From Gammaproteobacteria bacterium (GTDB taxonomy: Bacteria; Pseudomonadota; Gammaproteobacteria; Eutrophobiales; Eutrophobiaceae): DNA of 17,427 nt. Of this stretch, positions 15,922 through 17,427 are shown in pieces. Position numbers and translations under genes: made by a program. The notes beneath the pieces were generated by a model. That model did not search any database, was not told where the DNA came from, and was given only the letters and a program-made list of their open reading frames with translations. The stretch lies in contig CBDCDS010000002.1 of the NCBI GenBank assembly GCA_965215365.1, forward strand, positions 1-17,427. The letters run 5' to 3'. The first letter of the stretch is position 1; every line of letters starts with the position of its first letter.

Positions 15922-15968
15922 GCGCCGCTTGAATGGAGCAGGTCTTCAGCATACCCCGGTAATTTCAC

Positions 15969-17427
<1,459 letters not shown>

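Overview
High-GC bacterial chromosomal segment, probably gammaproteobacterial (inferred from the Pgi, Dxs and PrtD-type proteins and the sigma70/CRP-like sites). Left to right: (1) the 3' part of a large RTX Ca2+-binding protein that starts before the window; (2) a ~3.3 kb accessory array (3176-6486) of four small genes for proteins with a hydrophobic N-terminus and a coiled coil, in two paralog pairs (A1/A2, B1/B2) that differ by whole heptad/hendecad units. The genes are joined by a repeated ~140-nt linker (terminator-like hairpin plus a TGTGA-N6-TCACA box at the class I CRP position), and a minus-strand pair of small membrane ORFs interrupts the array; (3) pgi and a convergent, overlapping NYN-domain gene; (4) a phosphonate biosynthesis cluster (cytidylyltransferase, PepM-cytidylyltransferase fusion, phosphonopyruvate decarboxylase) with no transaminase next to it; (5) dxs, an orphan Cre-like tyrosine recombinase and the 5' part of a PrtD/AprD-type T1SS ABC transporter that the ORF track missed. 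The best candidate for an undescribed system is the linker-delimited array of length-variable coiled-coil genes downstream of the RTX gene. All calls come from reading motifs by eye; no database searches were run.
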